This document shows positions 36,232-47,511 of a stretch of 64,000 nt of DNA, piece after piece. Source of the DNA: Candidatus Bathyarchaeia archaeon. Its GTDB lineage: Archaea; Thermoproteota; Bathyarchaeia; 40CM-2-53-6. The stretch covers positions 736,001 through 800,000 of the forward strand of contig JBEKFP010000001.1 of the NCBI GenBank assembly GCA_050013255.1. Reading direction: 5' to 3'. How positions within the stretch are numbered: the first letter of the stretch is position 1; every line of letters starts with the position of its first letter. A program made the position numbers and the translations under genes. The notes beneath the pieces were generated by a model that searched no databases, was not told where the DNA came from, and worked only from the letters and a program-made list of their open reading frames with translations.

Positions 36232-37710
36232 TCAGCTTTCAGGTTCTTCTTCGATGTTCCATGCCTTTTCGATTCCCCTGATTCTGTAGATGAGCAACTT
36301 GATGCGTTGCAACACGTATGCCATGAATGTCTCTTCTTGGTGGTAGGCTCTTTCGAGGATTGCTTCCTCCGATAGGAACGCTTCCTTCATTTCATGCAAC
36401 TCTTTCTTCGGGGAGAAGAATGTATACACTGGAACGCCGACAGCAAGGAGTGCGAGTGAGATCAAGATCTGCTGCCTCGACACTTGTGTCATCAGTACAG
36501 TTGAGAAAATAATGGTCAGCGCTGGAATGAGTATTGTCCACAACCCCTTTGGTGAGGATCTTAGATGTCTTCTCTCCAGAATGAGAGCCGAGATGCCGGT
36601 TGCGAGGTATGCTAGTGACAAAAGGAAGACAGAGCTGTTCACCAATGCAGATAGCGTGTTGACGAGGCTCGCGATGAAGGCTGTTGAACAAAGTACAGCT
36701 AACCCAATGTAAGGCGTGTGGTATGATTTGTGCAATCTGCTGAAGGCTCGAGGAAGATACCCGTCAATTGACATGGCGAAAGTCAATCGTGACGTCCCCA
36801 TCGTCCCTGACTCATCAGCGCCCATAATCGATATCAGGGCACCAACACCTACTACAAGGCTCCCAATCCATGCCAAAACGGGCGAGAAACTGAGGATATT
36901 CGCAGCTGCAACAACCAATGGTGCTTGTGATGAAGCTAAAGTATGTTGATCAACGACACCAATTACTACAAAGTTAGTAGCCATGTAGATCAAGGCCGCA
37001 ATGAGCATCCCAACCGTCAGTGCCCGCGGAATTGTCTTCTTTGGATCTTGAATTTCATTCGCCGGAAGAGTGGACAACTCAAAACCTGCATACGCCCAGA
37101 AGACTATCACCAACACTTGGCCGACATTTTGTAAATTTCCGTCAGGAAAAGCTTGGAAACGAGAGGATATCATTTGCGGTTGTATCGCGAGAAAGACACC
37201 TCCCAAACACATGAGTAGAAGCAGAGGTGTCACTTTCGCGATGGTCAAGGAGTCATTGAACTTACTCGCCTCCCTCACGCCAACGACATTAGTTACGAAA
37301 ATGATCAGCATGAATGCGCCTTTGAGTAGGATTTGGGTTACTGAGTCTAGGTTCGGAACGAACGCAAGGAAGTACTGAATAAAAGCTACTGGGAAGACGG
37401 CTAGAGAGAACCATTCAGCGAGCACGAGAGCCCACCCCACCATAAACCCGCTAAATTGTCCAGCCGCTTCTTTCGCGTACACATATGGTCCTCCAACTCT
37501 CGGGAAAATAGCGGCACAATATCCGAACGATAGTGCGACAACAGTCGCCATCACACCACCAATTAACCAGATTAGAATAGAGGTGGGCCCTAGGAGCTTC
37601 GCACAGAGAGCCGCGGCCACATAGATGTCGGCACCTATAGTTGCGCCAACAACAAGGTTTGTAGTATCAAAGGCATTCAATTGCCTTCTGAGAGTCACTC
37701 TTGTCTTCAA
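36232..37710 (-). CDS. APC-family amino acid permease
   Basis: VGATIGADIY, GGPYVYA, FWAYAGFE, E..DPKKTIPRA, SRL.FAM..DG.LP, TPY. Confidence 0.92.
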   Translation of the reverse strand: MKTRVTLRRQLNAFDTTNLVVGATIGADIYVAAALCAKLLGPTSILIWLIGGVMATVVALSFGYCAAIFPRVGGPYVYAKEAAGQFSGFMVGWALVLAEWFSLAVFPVAFIQYFLAFVPNLDSVTQILLKGAFMLIIFVTNVVGVREASKFNDSLTIAKVTPLLLLMCLGGVFLAIQPQMISSRFQAFPDGNLQNVGQVLVIVFWAYAGFELSTLPANEIQDPKKTIPRALTVGMLIAALIYMATNFVVIGVVDQHTLASSQAPLVVAAANILSFSPVLAWIGSLVVGVGALISIMGADESGTMGTSRLTFAMSIDGYLPRAFSRLHKSYHTPYIGLAVLCSTAFIASLVNTLSALVNSSVFLLSLAYLATGISALILERRHLRSSPKGLWTILIPALTIIFSTVLMTQVSRQQILISLALLAVGVPVYTFFSPKKELHEMKEAFLSEEAILERAYHQEETFMAYVLQRIKLLIYRIRGIEKAWNIEEEPES

Positions 37711-37987
37711 ACCTGTCCCCTGTATTCGTCGTGTACGACTAGTTAGATACTAAAGTGTTGGAGAGTTTCTATCAATTGTACCCTTGTGTTTGGGCATCAT
37801 TAGTCCACACACTGACCCAAGTCAGTCTGAAGTATACTCTTGCCGCAACGATTCTATCATTATTAAGAAAGAGCGTCATGATTCTCTTAGCCTCGTTCAT
37901 CGTGTCGTCAGCCAGCTTGTTTGATGACGCCCGCGGCGCGCAACATATTTTAGCCATTGATGAGGATACACGTTCAGAGGCAAGCTC

Positions 37988-39328
37988 TTGGAAAAACGTT
38001 TGAGTATTGAAGATCTAAGACGTTTCTCAAGGTCCTTCAACAAGGACCGAAAGAACATACTTGCCTTGAATGCCGTCACAGAAAATGGCATAGCGGCAGT
38101 TGCCTTAAGCAGAAAGGAGGTGGACAAACAAAATTTCACCTTTAGCGATCTTATCGACTCTCCAGATGCCACTAATCAAGAAAGATCAGGAAGATGCTGG
38201 TTATTTTCTGGACTAAGTACACTGGCTCTTGAAGCGATGAAAAAGTTAGATCTAAGGACATTTGAGCTTTCCGAAATATACCAGATGTTTTGGGACAAAC
38301 TAGAGAAAGCCAACTATTTCCTTGAAAACATAATTGAAACAAAGGAAGAGCCCTTGAATGGCAGGCTGGTCAGTTCGCTTCTTTCAGATCCAATATCAGA
38401 TGGCGGTCAATGGAATATGTTTTCGAATCTCATAAAGAAGTACGGAGTTGTACCAAAAACATTCATGCCAGAAACAGAGAACAGCAACAATTCTGATCCC
38501 ATGAATGCTCTATTTGTGACGAAACTAAGAGAATATGCTAAGATACTCCGAGAGATGAACGAGGCTGGGGCTTCTACGACAGAGCTAAGAGAGAAAAAAG
38601 GTGAATTAATGGAAGAATTCTACAAGTTGCTGTGCATCAACCTTGGCGTTCCTCCAGAGACATTTTACTGGGAGTGGCGGGATAAGAACGGCATTTTCCA
38701 TAGAAGGGGGAATATTACCCCAGTTGAGTTCTATAATGAATATGTCGGACTAGATCTTGATGATTTGGTGAGTCTTATCAACGCCCCAACAAAAGACAAA
38801 CCCTTCAATAAATTGTACACTGTCAAGTATCTCGGCAACGTGGTCGGTGGGCAAGATACTCGTTACCTCAATGTCGACTTGAAGACGTTGAAGAAAGCAA
38901 CTGTAGACATGATCAAAGGTAATCATGCCGTATGGTTCGGATGTGACGTAGCTAAGATGCTGCAGACGCAGATGGGCGCAATGGATCTAAGCATCTATGA
39001 CTACGAATTAGTCTATGGTGCAAAGTTCCAACTCAATAAGGCTGCAAGATTAGATTATGGAGATAGTGAGATGACTCACGCCATGGTGATTACGGGCGTT
39101 GACCTCGATGAGCAGGGCAACCCCAAGAAATGGCGAGTTGAAAACAGCTGGGGAGCCTCCATAGGGGATCAAGGATACATGTACATGATGGATGAATGGT
39201 TCGACGAATACCTCTACGAGGTTGTTGTAAGGAAAGAGTATCTGCCTCCAGAACTCCTGAGAATCCTTGACACTGAGCCGGTAGTTGTGCCTTTCTGGGA
39301 CCCGATGGGTACCTTGGCAAGGAATTAA
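37988..39328 (+). CDS. pepC: Aminopeptidase C / bleomycin hydrolase (peptidase C1B)
   Basis: NQERSGRCWLF, DGGQW, WFGCDV, MTHAM, VENSWG, WDPMG.LA. Confidence 0.95.
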   Translation: MEKRLSIEDLRRFSRSFNKDRKNILALNAVTENGIAAVALSRKEVDKQNFTFSDLIDSPDATNQERSGRCWLFSGLSTLALEAMKKLDLRTFELSEIYQMFWDKLEKANYFLENIIETKEEPLNGRLVSSLLSDPISDGGQWNMFSNLIKKYGVVPKTFMPETENSNNSDPMNALFVTKLREYAKILREMNEAGASTTELREKKGELMEEFYKLLCINLGVPPETFYWEWRDKNGIFHRRGNITPVEFYNEYVGLDLDDLVSLINAPTKDKPFNKLYTVKYLGNVVGGQDTRYLNVDLKTLKKATVDMIKGNHAVWFGCDVAKMLQTQMGAMDLSIYDYELVYGAKFQLNKAARLDYGDSEMTHAMVITGVDLDEQGNPKKWRVENSWGASIGDQGYMYMMDEWFDEYLYEVVVRKEYLPPELLRILDTEPVVVPFWDPMGTLARN

Positions 39329-39483
39329 TGTCAAATTTGGCCTCCATTCTCTTACGATAGGAAATGGAAATCACACACACATTGAACGCAGTCTTCTCAG
39401 TCGCGCCTACTTTTCCAAGCAGAATCTTTAACCCATCGAGAGCATGAAAGCCAGAAACTGCGGATAGACAGACGTGAATAGCG

Positions 39484-39957
39484 GTGGGAACAAAGCCAAA
39501 GATTGGTGACACGGCTCCTGATTTCGTAGGCCAAACATCTAACGGCATTCGGATTCGTCTCAAGGACTATCTTGGAAAGAAAAATGTGGTACTATACTTC
39601 TACCCTAAGGACGATACCAAAGGATGCACAATCGAAGCCTGCGCCTTCAGAGACAAACTCCAACCGATAGGAGCTCTCTGGACAGAAGTAGTTGGCGTTA
39701 GTGTGGACACCGTCGAATCTCACAAGAAATTTGCCGAGAAAAATGGCCTGAATTTCACACTGGTCAGCGATCAGGATAAGCAGATCTCGAAGACCTACGG
39801 AGTTCTAAGTGATGATGGCTCGAAAGCAGACAGGGTTACATTCATAATTGACAAAGAAGGCAAGATTGCTAAGATCTTTACCAACGTCGATGTCACAAGA
39901 CATTCGAATGAAATCGTCGATACACTCAAGCAACTCTTTAAGAAGACGAGCTCCTGA
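39484..39957 (+). CDS. bcp: Peroxiredoxin, BCP/PrxQ type
   Basis: YFYPKDDT.GCT.EAC.FRD. Confidence 0.93.
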   Translation: MGTKPKIGDTAPDFVGQTSNGIRIRLKDYLGKKNVVLYFYPKDDTKGCTIEACAFRDKLQPIGALWTEVVGVSVDTVESHKKFAEKNGLNFTLVSDQDKQISKTYGVLSDDGSKADRVTFIIDKEGKIAKIFTNVDVTRHSNEIVDTLKQLFKKTSS

Positions 39958-40476
39958 GAGCTCTTAGACCTTAGGAGTTGACGACGAGTCAAAATCCGGC
40001 CTTGTCATCCTTCATCCAGAAAGCGGCGTTGCTCTTGGACGACGGGTCTACTAGCCATGCAGTTCATGGCTTGAGCAAGTCGGCTCAGCCGACGGCATGG
40101 ATTAAGAGCTGACAAAGATTCATTAGGTTGCGTTCGAAAGTTATGGATGCGGCTTACGCCGTGTGGTTCGCATGCATCAAGAATCACCGTTTAAGGGTAT
40201 GAACTCGGCCAGCGTCGGCCGGTAAACTCCCCTATTTTTGGGCGTTCCTCTGATCATCGACTTGCGACTAAAAAGACGGCTTTCACAGATTTTCGTAGTT
40301 GCAAGCCTGGGTCATGACTATTGGCACATTGGGTGATTGTTATGTGCCGAGGATTATGTGCCGTATGACCAGTATGACAGAGAGTGTGACGACGCGAACA
40401 GGAAGCCGATCAATAGCATTACGAACAGTGCTTTTTGACCGCCGATATTCCACCGTTGCATGCTAACCCACTGTGC

Positions 40477-42015
40477 CTAGGGGCGGTCTTGGTCATTCAT
40501 AAGGTCGGCCCAAACCTTTGCTGGTCTCCAGTTGTAGACTACCGTCTTGAGTCGGGTCATTTCTTCTATGCTGTAGCCGATGCCTTCCCTGCCGATGCCT
40601 GAATCCTTGTTGCCCCCGAACGGGTAGTAACCGACACCATGTCGGGGCGCGGCGTTTATCGTAACCTCACCCTCCTCTAGACGCTTAGCCACTTTTCTTG
40701 CGAGGTTGAGGTTATTAGTGAACACGCATGAATCCAATCCATACCTTGACTTGTTGGCGAGGTCAATAGCTTCATCCACATCTTTCACACGCGCGATGGG
40801 GATTACGGGACCGAAGGTTTCCTCCCACATAATCCTAGCTTCTACTGGAACGTGATCAAGAACTGTCGGGTAATAGTAGTTTCCTTGATGTTTTCCTCCT
40901 GTTAGGAGCTTGGCGCCCTTACCGATGGCGTCTAAGACGAGGCCGTGAACCCTTTCCACAGCCCCATGCTCAATCAGTGGCCCAATCTTGACGGACGGAT
41001 CCCGTGGGTCACCCACTTTGTACGTTCCAACTTCCTTCAGAACTTTCTCTACGAATACGTCTCCGATTTCTTGCTCCACAAGAGCGCGCGACACCGCGTC
41101 ACATCGTTGACCACTATAACTTAGCGACCCCTTCACAGTTTCAGTTGCAGCAAGGTCTAAGTCTGCGTCCTTCAGAACGATGGCGGAACCTTTTCCTCCC
41201 AGCTCCATATGCAACCTCTTCAAGCCGGCGACACGGGCTAGAGTTCTTCCCACTTCCGTGCTACCTGTGAACGTCAACATGCTAATCCTATCGTGACCTG
41301 CCAAATACTGCCCGATTTGCCCCTTGCCCGTGATTACATTGAGTGTGCCCGCAGGTATGCCGGCGAGTTCCAATATTCTTGCGAACATGAGGAAGGAAAG
41401 CGGGTCTTTGCTCGAAGTCTTCACCACAACTGAATTGCCTGCCAGAAGTGCGGGGATAACTTTCGTGGCGGTGATGTAGAGAGGGTAGTTGAAAGGTGAA
41501 ATTGCTAGGACAACGCCCAGCGGCTCCCTGAGCACGTCCGCCGACGTGCCCACGGTCTCCTCAGACCAGTCCCCTGGTATGTGTTCGCCGCGAATCTTGC
41601 CGTACTCATCCGGCGTTAGCTTCAATCGCTCAGCTGTTGCCTTAACCTCTCCTTCCGCATTAGAAATCGGTTTGCCGGCTTCCAGGGTCAGAACTCTGAC
41701 GAAGTGGTCGATATTTTGAAGCAGTATTTCGCGTGCCTGCTGGAAGATTTCTATCTTCTTCACAGCCGGAATAGTTCTGATTAGGTTTCTGTTGACATAG
41801 GATGATTCGACGGCACGTTCGGCCTCTTGTTCCGAAGCCGAGGGAACAGTTGCGATGACTCCCTCATCGATTGGGCTTCGAACCTCAATCCTTTGCGGTA
41901 GTTCCACCCACTTGCCATCCAAGTACATCCTGAAATCCATCATGCCCGAATTGGATATCGAATAAATGGGGTCGAAGACGGTGCCGAGTTTGACGAGTTT
42001 GGTTTTCATTTCCAT
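40477..42015 (-). CDS. gapN: Non-phosphorylating NADP-dependent glyceraldehyde-3-phosphate dehydrogenase (ALDH superfamily)
   Basis: GE.IPGDWS, SPFNYPL, FTGST, MELGGK, SGQRC, EETFGP, PRHGVGYYPFGG.KDSGIGREG. Confidence 0.88.
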   Translation of the reverse strand: MEMKTKLVKLGTVFDPIYSISNSGMMDFRMYLDGKWVELPQRIEVRSPIDEGVIATVPSASEQEAERAVESSYVNRNLIRTIPAVKKIEIFQQAREILLQNIDHFVRVLTLEAGKPISNAEGEVKATAERLKLTPDEYGKIRGEHIPGDWSEETVGTSADVLREPLGVVLAISPFNYPLYITATKVIPALLAGNSVVVKTSSKDPLSFLMFARILELAGIPAGTLNVITGKGQIGQYLAGHDRISMLTFTGSTEVGRTLARVAGLKRLHMELGGKGSAIVLKDADLDLAATETVKGSLSYSGQRCDAVSRALVEQEIGDVFVEKVLKEVGTYKVGDPRDPSVKIGPLIEHGAVERVHGLVLDAIGKGAKLLTGGKHQGNYYYPTVLDHVPVEARIMWEETFGPVIPIARVKDVDEAIDLANKSRYGLDSCVFTNNLNLARKVAKRLEEGEVTINAAPRHGVGYYPFGGNKDSGIGREGIGYSIEEMTRLKTVVYNWRPAKVWADLMNDQDRP

Positions 42016-42048
42016 AACCGATCTTCTCCATTCCGTTGATTCTGAGAG

Positions 42049-42438
42049 CTAGTCGAGTACAGCTTCCGCTTCTATTTCCACAAGCATTTCCGGATTGACT
42101 AGCCCCTTCACTTCGACCAAGCTTGTGGTCGGCCGAATTTCCCTGAAGAATGCGCCGTGCGCTTTGCCAACCTCTTCCCACCGCTTCATGTCGGTAACGT
42201 AGATTCTTGTGCGAACCACATCTTCGAGTCGAGCACCTACCGATTCCAAAGCCCTTTGAATGTTCTTCAAGGTTTGAACAGCTTGTGTTCCCGCGTCTCC
42301 GATTCCAACAATGTTACCTTGCGAGTCGGTTGCAGTGGTCCCTGAAACGTGAACCAGCTTTCCAACCTTCACAACTCTTGAGTAACCAACTATTGGTTCC
42401 CACTTTGTGCCAGATGAAATTTTCATACGCGCGCTCAA
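42049..42438 (-). CDS. RidA/YjgF family protein (Rid subfamily)
   Basis: [35 protein letters not shown]. Confidence 0.88.
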   Translation of the reverse strand: MSARMKISSGTKWEPIVGYSRVVKVGKLVHVSGTTATDSQGNIVGIGDAGTQAVQTLKNIQRALESVGARLEDVVRTRIYVTDMKRWEEVGKAHGAFFREIRPTTSLVEVKGLVNPEMLVEIEAEAVLD

Positions 42439-42632
42439 GCGGACTCACCAGAGAGTTTCAGCGCAGGTTCGTTCTATTAAGGAAGCTCTAAGCGGACTCT
42501 GTCAAGTATCTCGACAGGAGCGCGGGGAATCAATGAGGTGCCAAAAGTGTGGTATAGAACTAATCTCAAGACGTTAGTTATCGCCAAGAGAGAAATTAGC
42601 GTCCGTGAACTTAACAGACGCAAGTGATGCGG

Positions 42633-43532
42633 CTACGTCTTTTTCGCTCTGACAAAGATTACCTTCCAGTCAAACAGGAAGCGCCCGCCTCGGACGAAAT
42701 GTGTCAATTCATGCCTGAGTGCATGCAGTAGTTCTCGTCGCTTCTTCGCCGGCAATTCACTGAACTCCTGTTTGAGGGTCGCCCTCTTGAGCCGCATGTC
42801 CAAATATTCTTGAATACCCTCCAGTGAAATTCTGTAATTGCGAGTTTTGACTTCGGCTCTCTTGAAACCCACCATGTTAAGCTCACGAACCTGTTCATCA
42901 AAGTTCATTTCGCGGTTGCTGAACCGTTCCAATGTTGCGAGCGCTGCCCTGTCGAGACTCAGCTTTTTTGAAGGGTTTTTCGTGCGGTACTGCTGCAAAG
43001 TTTCGCTAAAGATTCTATGCGCTTGAACATCCTTCAAACGCCAATCACTGTAGGCAAACGTCCCCCCATTCCTGAGCACTCGGTAAACTTCTGCAACTGT
43101 TTGACGAAACCCTGCGGGGGAAATTCCACAGTTAGACACAACCACGTCGAATATTTGGTTAGGAAACAGGAGCTTTCGTGCATCCATCAAGAAGAAACGT
43201 ACGTTTCTGAGCCTCGCATTAGGCTCTGTTCCTCTAGCAGCTAGCATAGACTTCGAACGATCTACGCCGAAGACGAAGCCACCCGATTTGACCCTGCGGG
43301 CCGCTTCGAACGCGGCTACACCTGTCCCAGTGCCAATGTCCAGGACGAGTTGGCCTCGAGAGAGGCCCGAGTCAAAGATTAGATCCTCCGCGAACCTTCG
43401 GAATATTGGAACCCAATACCTTCGCCAAGCTCCGGCATCCTCACTCCAGAGACTCATGACAATCTGTTCCGCCTGTTCTAGATTCATGCTCAAAGGGCTC
43501 AGACCTAGGATGAGTTCACTCTGCAAATGCAA
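42633..43532 (-). CDS. Class I SAM-dependent methyltransferase
   Basis: VLDIGTGTG, GVD.S..ML, FDVVVS, RVL..GG; start uncertain. Confidence 0.85.
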   Translation of the reverse strand: MHLQSELILGLSPLSMNLEQAEQIVMSLWSEDAGAWRRYWVPIFRRFAEDLIFDSGLSRGQLVLDIGTGTGVAAFEAARRVKSGGFVFGVDRSKSMLAARGTEPNARLRNVRFFLMDARKLLFPNQIFDVVVSNCGISPAGFRQTVAEVYRVLRNGGTFAYSDWRLKDVQAHRIFSETLQQYRTKNPSKKLSLDRAALATLERFSNREMNFDEQVRELNMVGFKRAEVKTRNYRISLEGIQEYLDMRLKRATLKQEFSELPAKKRRELLHALRHELTHFVRGGRFLFDWKVIFVRAKKT

Positions 43533-43806
43533 GTATTTCTAGCCTTGGTCATGCAGAAAGGGAGCATACGTTGTGGTCAGAACAATCATAAGAAAAAAGG
43601 GGCGGGGCGAGTTTCCTCGTCCATTGATTTAGTTTAGTTGTATCGGAAGCCTACTAGGTTAACGTGCCATAGTGCGCCGTATTCGCCGCGAAAGTCGCTG
43701 TAAATGTTCATGTAGGTGCCCTGTTGGGCCTGGGTAGTGTCTTGGCCACCCGTTTAGCTTAGGAGATTTAAGGCGGTTCGGAAGGAATCATCTGGACGAA
43801 TCATCA

Positions 43807-45450
43807 ATGACCCTCGAGTCGCGTGCCGGGCCTTGGCTAAACAGTTGGCCTAAGTATGTGCCACGCTCACTTGACTACCCGAACCTCTCTCTAGGAGAGC
43901 TTCTTCGGCGGACAGCCACAAAATCCGCTGAAAAGCCTGCCATCTACTATAGCGGCAACGCAATCACCTACCGGGAACTTGATGCCTTGGCAGACCGCTT
44001 CGGCGCGGCTCTCCAAGCCCTAGGGGTCAAGAAAGGGGACAGAGTAGCACTTTACCTACCGAACCTCCCCCAATTCGTATTCGCCTACTACGGAGCGCTG
44101 CGGGTCGGCGCAATCGCCGTCACAGCAAGCCCACTCTACAAGGAGAGGGAACTCGCCCACATCCTAACAGACTCAGGCGCGAAAGTTCTGGTGTGCCTAG
44201 ACAAGCTGTACTCATACGTCCGATCAGTTAGGGAAAAGACACCGGTCAATCACATCTTCACAACGAGCATCAGCGACTACGTCCCAAGCTCTCCAACGTC
44301 GCCTGCCCCCCCGAACGCAATGAACCTTCGCACACTTCTCGCGGAATATGCAAATCCACCAAGGCCGGTAGAAATCAACCCAAGAAGTGACCTCGCCCTC
44401 CTACAATACACGGGGGGAACAACAGGCGTACCGAAGGGCGCTATGCTGACTCACTACAACCTTGTGGTCAATGCCGTGCAGTTCTCTTCTTGGCTTGGGA
44501 TGAGGTATGGCGCAGAAGTTCACATGTCGGTTCTACCATTCTTTCACATTTACGGGATGACCGTGGCAATGAATGTCCCGGTTCACACAGCTTCTCCAAT
44601 GGTTCTCATCCCTGACGGGCGGGACATCGACGGCATCCTCCAGGCCATCGACAGGTACAAACCCACGATCTTCTGCGGCGTACCGGCCACGTACATATCC
44701 CTAATCAATCAACCCGAAACAAGGCAGCATGACCTACATTCAATTCGCGTCTGCGTTTCAGGCGCCTCACCCCTTCCCATCCGAGTGCAACGGGAATTCG
44801 AGAAATTAACAGGCGGGAGACTCGTTGAAGGTTATGGGTTAACTGAAACAAGCCCCGTCACACACGTCAACCCGCTGGACGACCCCAGCAAGAACCGGCC
44901 TGGTTCAATCGGCATACCAATCTCAGACACGCAAGCGAAAATTGTTGACTTAGAATTAGGCGCGAACGAACTCGCTGCTGGGACGGTTGGTGAGTTAGTG
45001 GTTCGCGGGCCACAGGTCATGGCAGGTTACTGGAAGAACGATGCGGAAACTAGGGCGGTCCTCAGGGACGGTTGGTTCCACACTGGAGACATTGCGGTAA
45101 TGGAGCCTGATGGATATTTTCGTATCGTGGATCGGAAGAAGGATATGATCAACGTTTCCGGTTTGAAGGTCTGGCCTAGGGAGGTGGAGGAAGTTCTCTA
45201 CGAATATCCCCCCATCAAAGAAGTAACCGCAGTCGCCACGCCCGACCCGCAAAGCGGAGAAGCCGTGAAGGCGTTTGTGGTTTTGAAGGAGGAATTCAGA
45301 GGGAAGGTTGTGGCGGCGGATATTATCGCTTTCTGCAAGGATAAAATCGCCGACTACAAGGCGCCCAGAGTTGTTGAGTTCAGGGACGCACTCCCGAAGA
45401 GTTCTGTTGGCAAAATCCTGAGAAGAGAGCTTAGGGGTCAGCCTTCGTAG
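43807..45450 (+). CDS. Long-chain-fatty-acid--CoA ligase (FadD-like)
   Basis: LQYTGGTTGVPKG, EGYGLTETSP, TGDIA, DRKKD, LPKS.VGKILRR. Confidence 0.92.
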   Translation: MTLESRAGPWLNSWPKYVPRSLDYPNLSLGELLRRTATKSAEKPAIYYSGNAITYRELDALADRFGAALQALGVKKGDRVALYLPNLPQFVFAYYGALRVGAIAVTASPLYKERELAHILTDSGAKVLVCLDKLYSYVRSVREKTPVNHIFTTSISDYVPSSPTSPAPPNAMNLRTLLAEYANPPRPVEINPRSDLALLQYTGGTTGVPKGAMLTHYNLVVNAVQFSSWLGMRYGAEVHMSVLPFFHIYGMTVAMNVPVHTASPMVLIPDGRDIDGILQAIDRYKPTIFCGVPATYISLINQPETRQHDLHSIRVCVSGASPLPIRVQREFEKLTGGRLVEGYGLTETSPVTHVNPLDDPSKNRPGSIGIPISDTQAKIVDLELGANELAAGTVGELVVRGPQVMAGYWKNDAETRAVLRDGWFHTGDIAVMEPDGYFRIVDRKKDMINVSGLKVWPREVEEVLYEYPPIKEVTAVATPDPQSGEAVKAFVVLKEEFRGKVVAADIIAFCKDKIADYKAPRVVEFRDALPKSSVGKILRRELRGQPS

Positions 45451-45525
45451 TACTCTCAGAGTATGGAATTCGAACTAAACAGTTAAGAATTCGCTAACTT
45501 CGCAAGCTTCGACGTAACCGAAACG

Positions 45526-47496
45526 GTGTTTGCATTGGCACTACACGATATTCTCCCAACTACGGTAATGATATTTCCTGAGAATCGGAAGAACCTGAAG
45601 GTTCTCACGGACATTCACATGAAAAGCATTCAAGATCCTGACGCGTTCTGGCGAAAGGCCGCCGACGAGCTCTTTTGGTATGAGAAGAAGGGGCGGGCTT
45701 TTGAGGAGATGGGTCAGCCGCCCTATGGGCGATGGTTCCCCGAATGGAAGACCAACCTCTCCTACAACGCCTTGGACCGGCAGGTTGCCGGCCCGAGAAA
45801 GAAGAAGGTAGCCTACTACTGGGAAGGCGAAAATGGGGACAAGCGAACACTAACCTACACTGACCTGTACGAGGAAGTAAACAAGCTCGCATCAGCGCTG
45901 AAGAAACTTGGAGTCAAGAAAGGCGATAGAGTCACAATCTATCTTCCCATGATCCCTGAGCTCCCCATTAGCATGCTCGCGGTCACAAGGCTTGGGGCCA
46001 TTCACACAGTAATCTTCGCCGGGTTCACAGCGCAATCCATCGCCAGCCGATTGATCGACTCCAAATCCAAAATGGTGATTACAGCCGACGGAGCCTTCAG
46101 GAAAGGGAAAACCCTCGACCTGAAACCCATTGTTGATGAAGCCATCAAACAATCGAGCGGAATTGAGAAAGTCATCGTGGTGAAGAGGGCGAAGAATCAG
46201 ATACCGATGGTGAGCGGGCGCGACATTTGGTACCACGACCTGATTGCTTCCGCCGCCAAGTACGTTGAGCCCGAACCTGTTGAGGGGACACATCCAAGTT
46301 TCATCTTGTATACTTCAGGAACCACGGGAAAGCCGAAGGGCTGTACCCACAGCACCGGCGGCTACATGGTCTGGGCGGACTACACACAGAAAGCAGTTTT
46401 CGACGTCAAGGAGGATGACGTGTACTGGTGCACCGCTGACATTGGCTGGATAACAGGGCACACGTACATCGTCTACGGTCCACTGATAACTGGCGTTACT
46501 TCCCTAATGTACGAAGGCGCGCCTGATTATCCTCAGCCCGACCGGTGGTGGGACCTGGTCGAAAAATACCATGTAACAATCATCTATACGAGCCCCACGG
46601 CTATCAGAATGCACATGAAGTTTGGTGAACAGTGGGCCCAGAAACATAAGCTGACATCGCTCAGGCTGCTCGGAACTGTTGGGGAGCCCATCAACCCTGA
46701 AGCGTGGAGATGGTACTTCAAGAACATAGGCCGCGAGAAATGCCAGATCGTAGATACTTGGTGGCAAACTGAAACGGGCGGAATCCTAATCAGCCCACAA
46801 CCGGGCATCGTCCCAATTCCACTGAAAGCTGGATCCGCTACGCTCCCCATCGCGGGAGTTGACGCTGACGTTTACGGAGAAACTGGCGAACCCGTGAAGG
46901 TTGGCGAGAAAGGGTACATGGTCATTAAACGGCCCTGGCCAGGCCAGTTCATGACCTTATGGAACGACCCCGATAAGTTCAAGCAGGTATACTTCACCCG
47001 GTTCCCTGGAATCTACTACGCAGGCGACTACGCCCTAAGGGACGACGACGGTTACTTCTGGCTACTGGGACGGGCTGACGAGGTGTTGAAGGTTGCAGGC
47101 CATAGACTTGGAACCATCGAACTAGAAGACAGCCTCATCTCACACCCAGCGGTCGCGGAATCAGCCGTAATCGGGAAGGCTGACCCGATCAAAATGGAAG
47201 TACCAGTCGCATTCGTAGTTCTCAAACCCGGCTTCGACCCCACACCAGAACTCAAAAAGGAATTGATGAACCACGTGAGAACAACCATTGGACCAATAGC
47301 AGTGCCGGAGGCAGTTTACTTCGTCGCCAAGCTCCCGAAGACACGCAGTGCCAAAATCATGAGGCGGGTTGTACGGGCCGTCGTCGAAGGCAAACCCATC
47401 GGCGACGTCACAACGCTTGAAGACGAAACAAGCGTCGAAGAGATGAAGAACGCGTACAGCGAGCTCCAAGCCGAAATGGCGAGAACGGGTAAGTAG
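45526..47496 (+). CDS. acs: Acetyl-CoA synthetase (AMP-forming)
   Basis: YTSGTTGKPKG, CTADIGWITGH, VGEPINPEAW, DTWWQTETGG, LPKTRS.KIMRR. Confidence 0.95.
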   Translation: MFALALHDILPTTVMIFPENRKNLKVLTDIHMKSIQDPDAFWRKAADELFWYEKKGRAFEEMGQPPYGRWFPEWKTNLSYNALDRQVAGPRKKKVAYYWEGENGDKRTLTYTDLYEEVNKLASALKKLGVKKGDRVTIYLPMIPELPISMLAVTRLGAIHTVIFAGFTAQSIASRLIDSKSKMVITADGAFRKGKTLDLKPIVDEAIKQSSGIEKVIVVKRAKNQIPMVSGRDIWYHDLIASAAKYVEPEPVEGTHPSFILYTSGTTGKPKGCTHSTGGYMVWADYTQKAVFDVKEDDVYWCTADIGWITGHTYIVYGPLITGVTSLMYEGAPDYPQPDRWWDLVEKYHVTIIYTSPTAIRMHMKFGEQWAQKHKLTSLRLLGTVGEPINPEAWRWYFKNIGREKCQIVDTWWQTETGGILISPQPGIVPIPLKAGSATLPIAGVDADVYGETGEPVKVGEKGYMVIKRPWPGQFMTLWNDPDKFKQVYFTRFPGIYYAGDYALRDDDGYFWLLGRADEVLKVAGHRLGTIELEDSLISHPAVAESAVIGKADPIKMEVPVAFVVLKPGFDPTPELKKELMNHVRTTIGPIAVPEAVYFVAKLPKTRSAKIMRRVVRAVVEGKPIGDVTTLEDETSVEEMKNAYSELQAEMARTGK

Positions 47497-47511
47497 CCAG
47501 AGGGAACTGAG

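Noticed and set aside
43590-43760. Possible 5S rRNA/ncRNA or gene remnant (minus-strand open stretch TGGQDTTQAQQGTYMNIYSDFRGEYGALWHVNLVGFRYN*, 43634-43753, followed by a T-rich tract)
   Set aside because: No 5S or SRP conserved motifs; the peptide is short with no recognisable homology, so it cannot be supported
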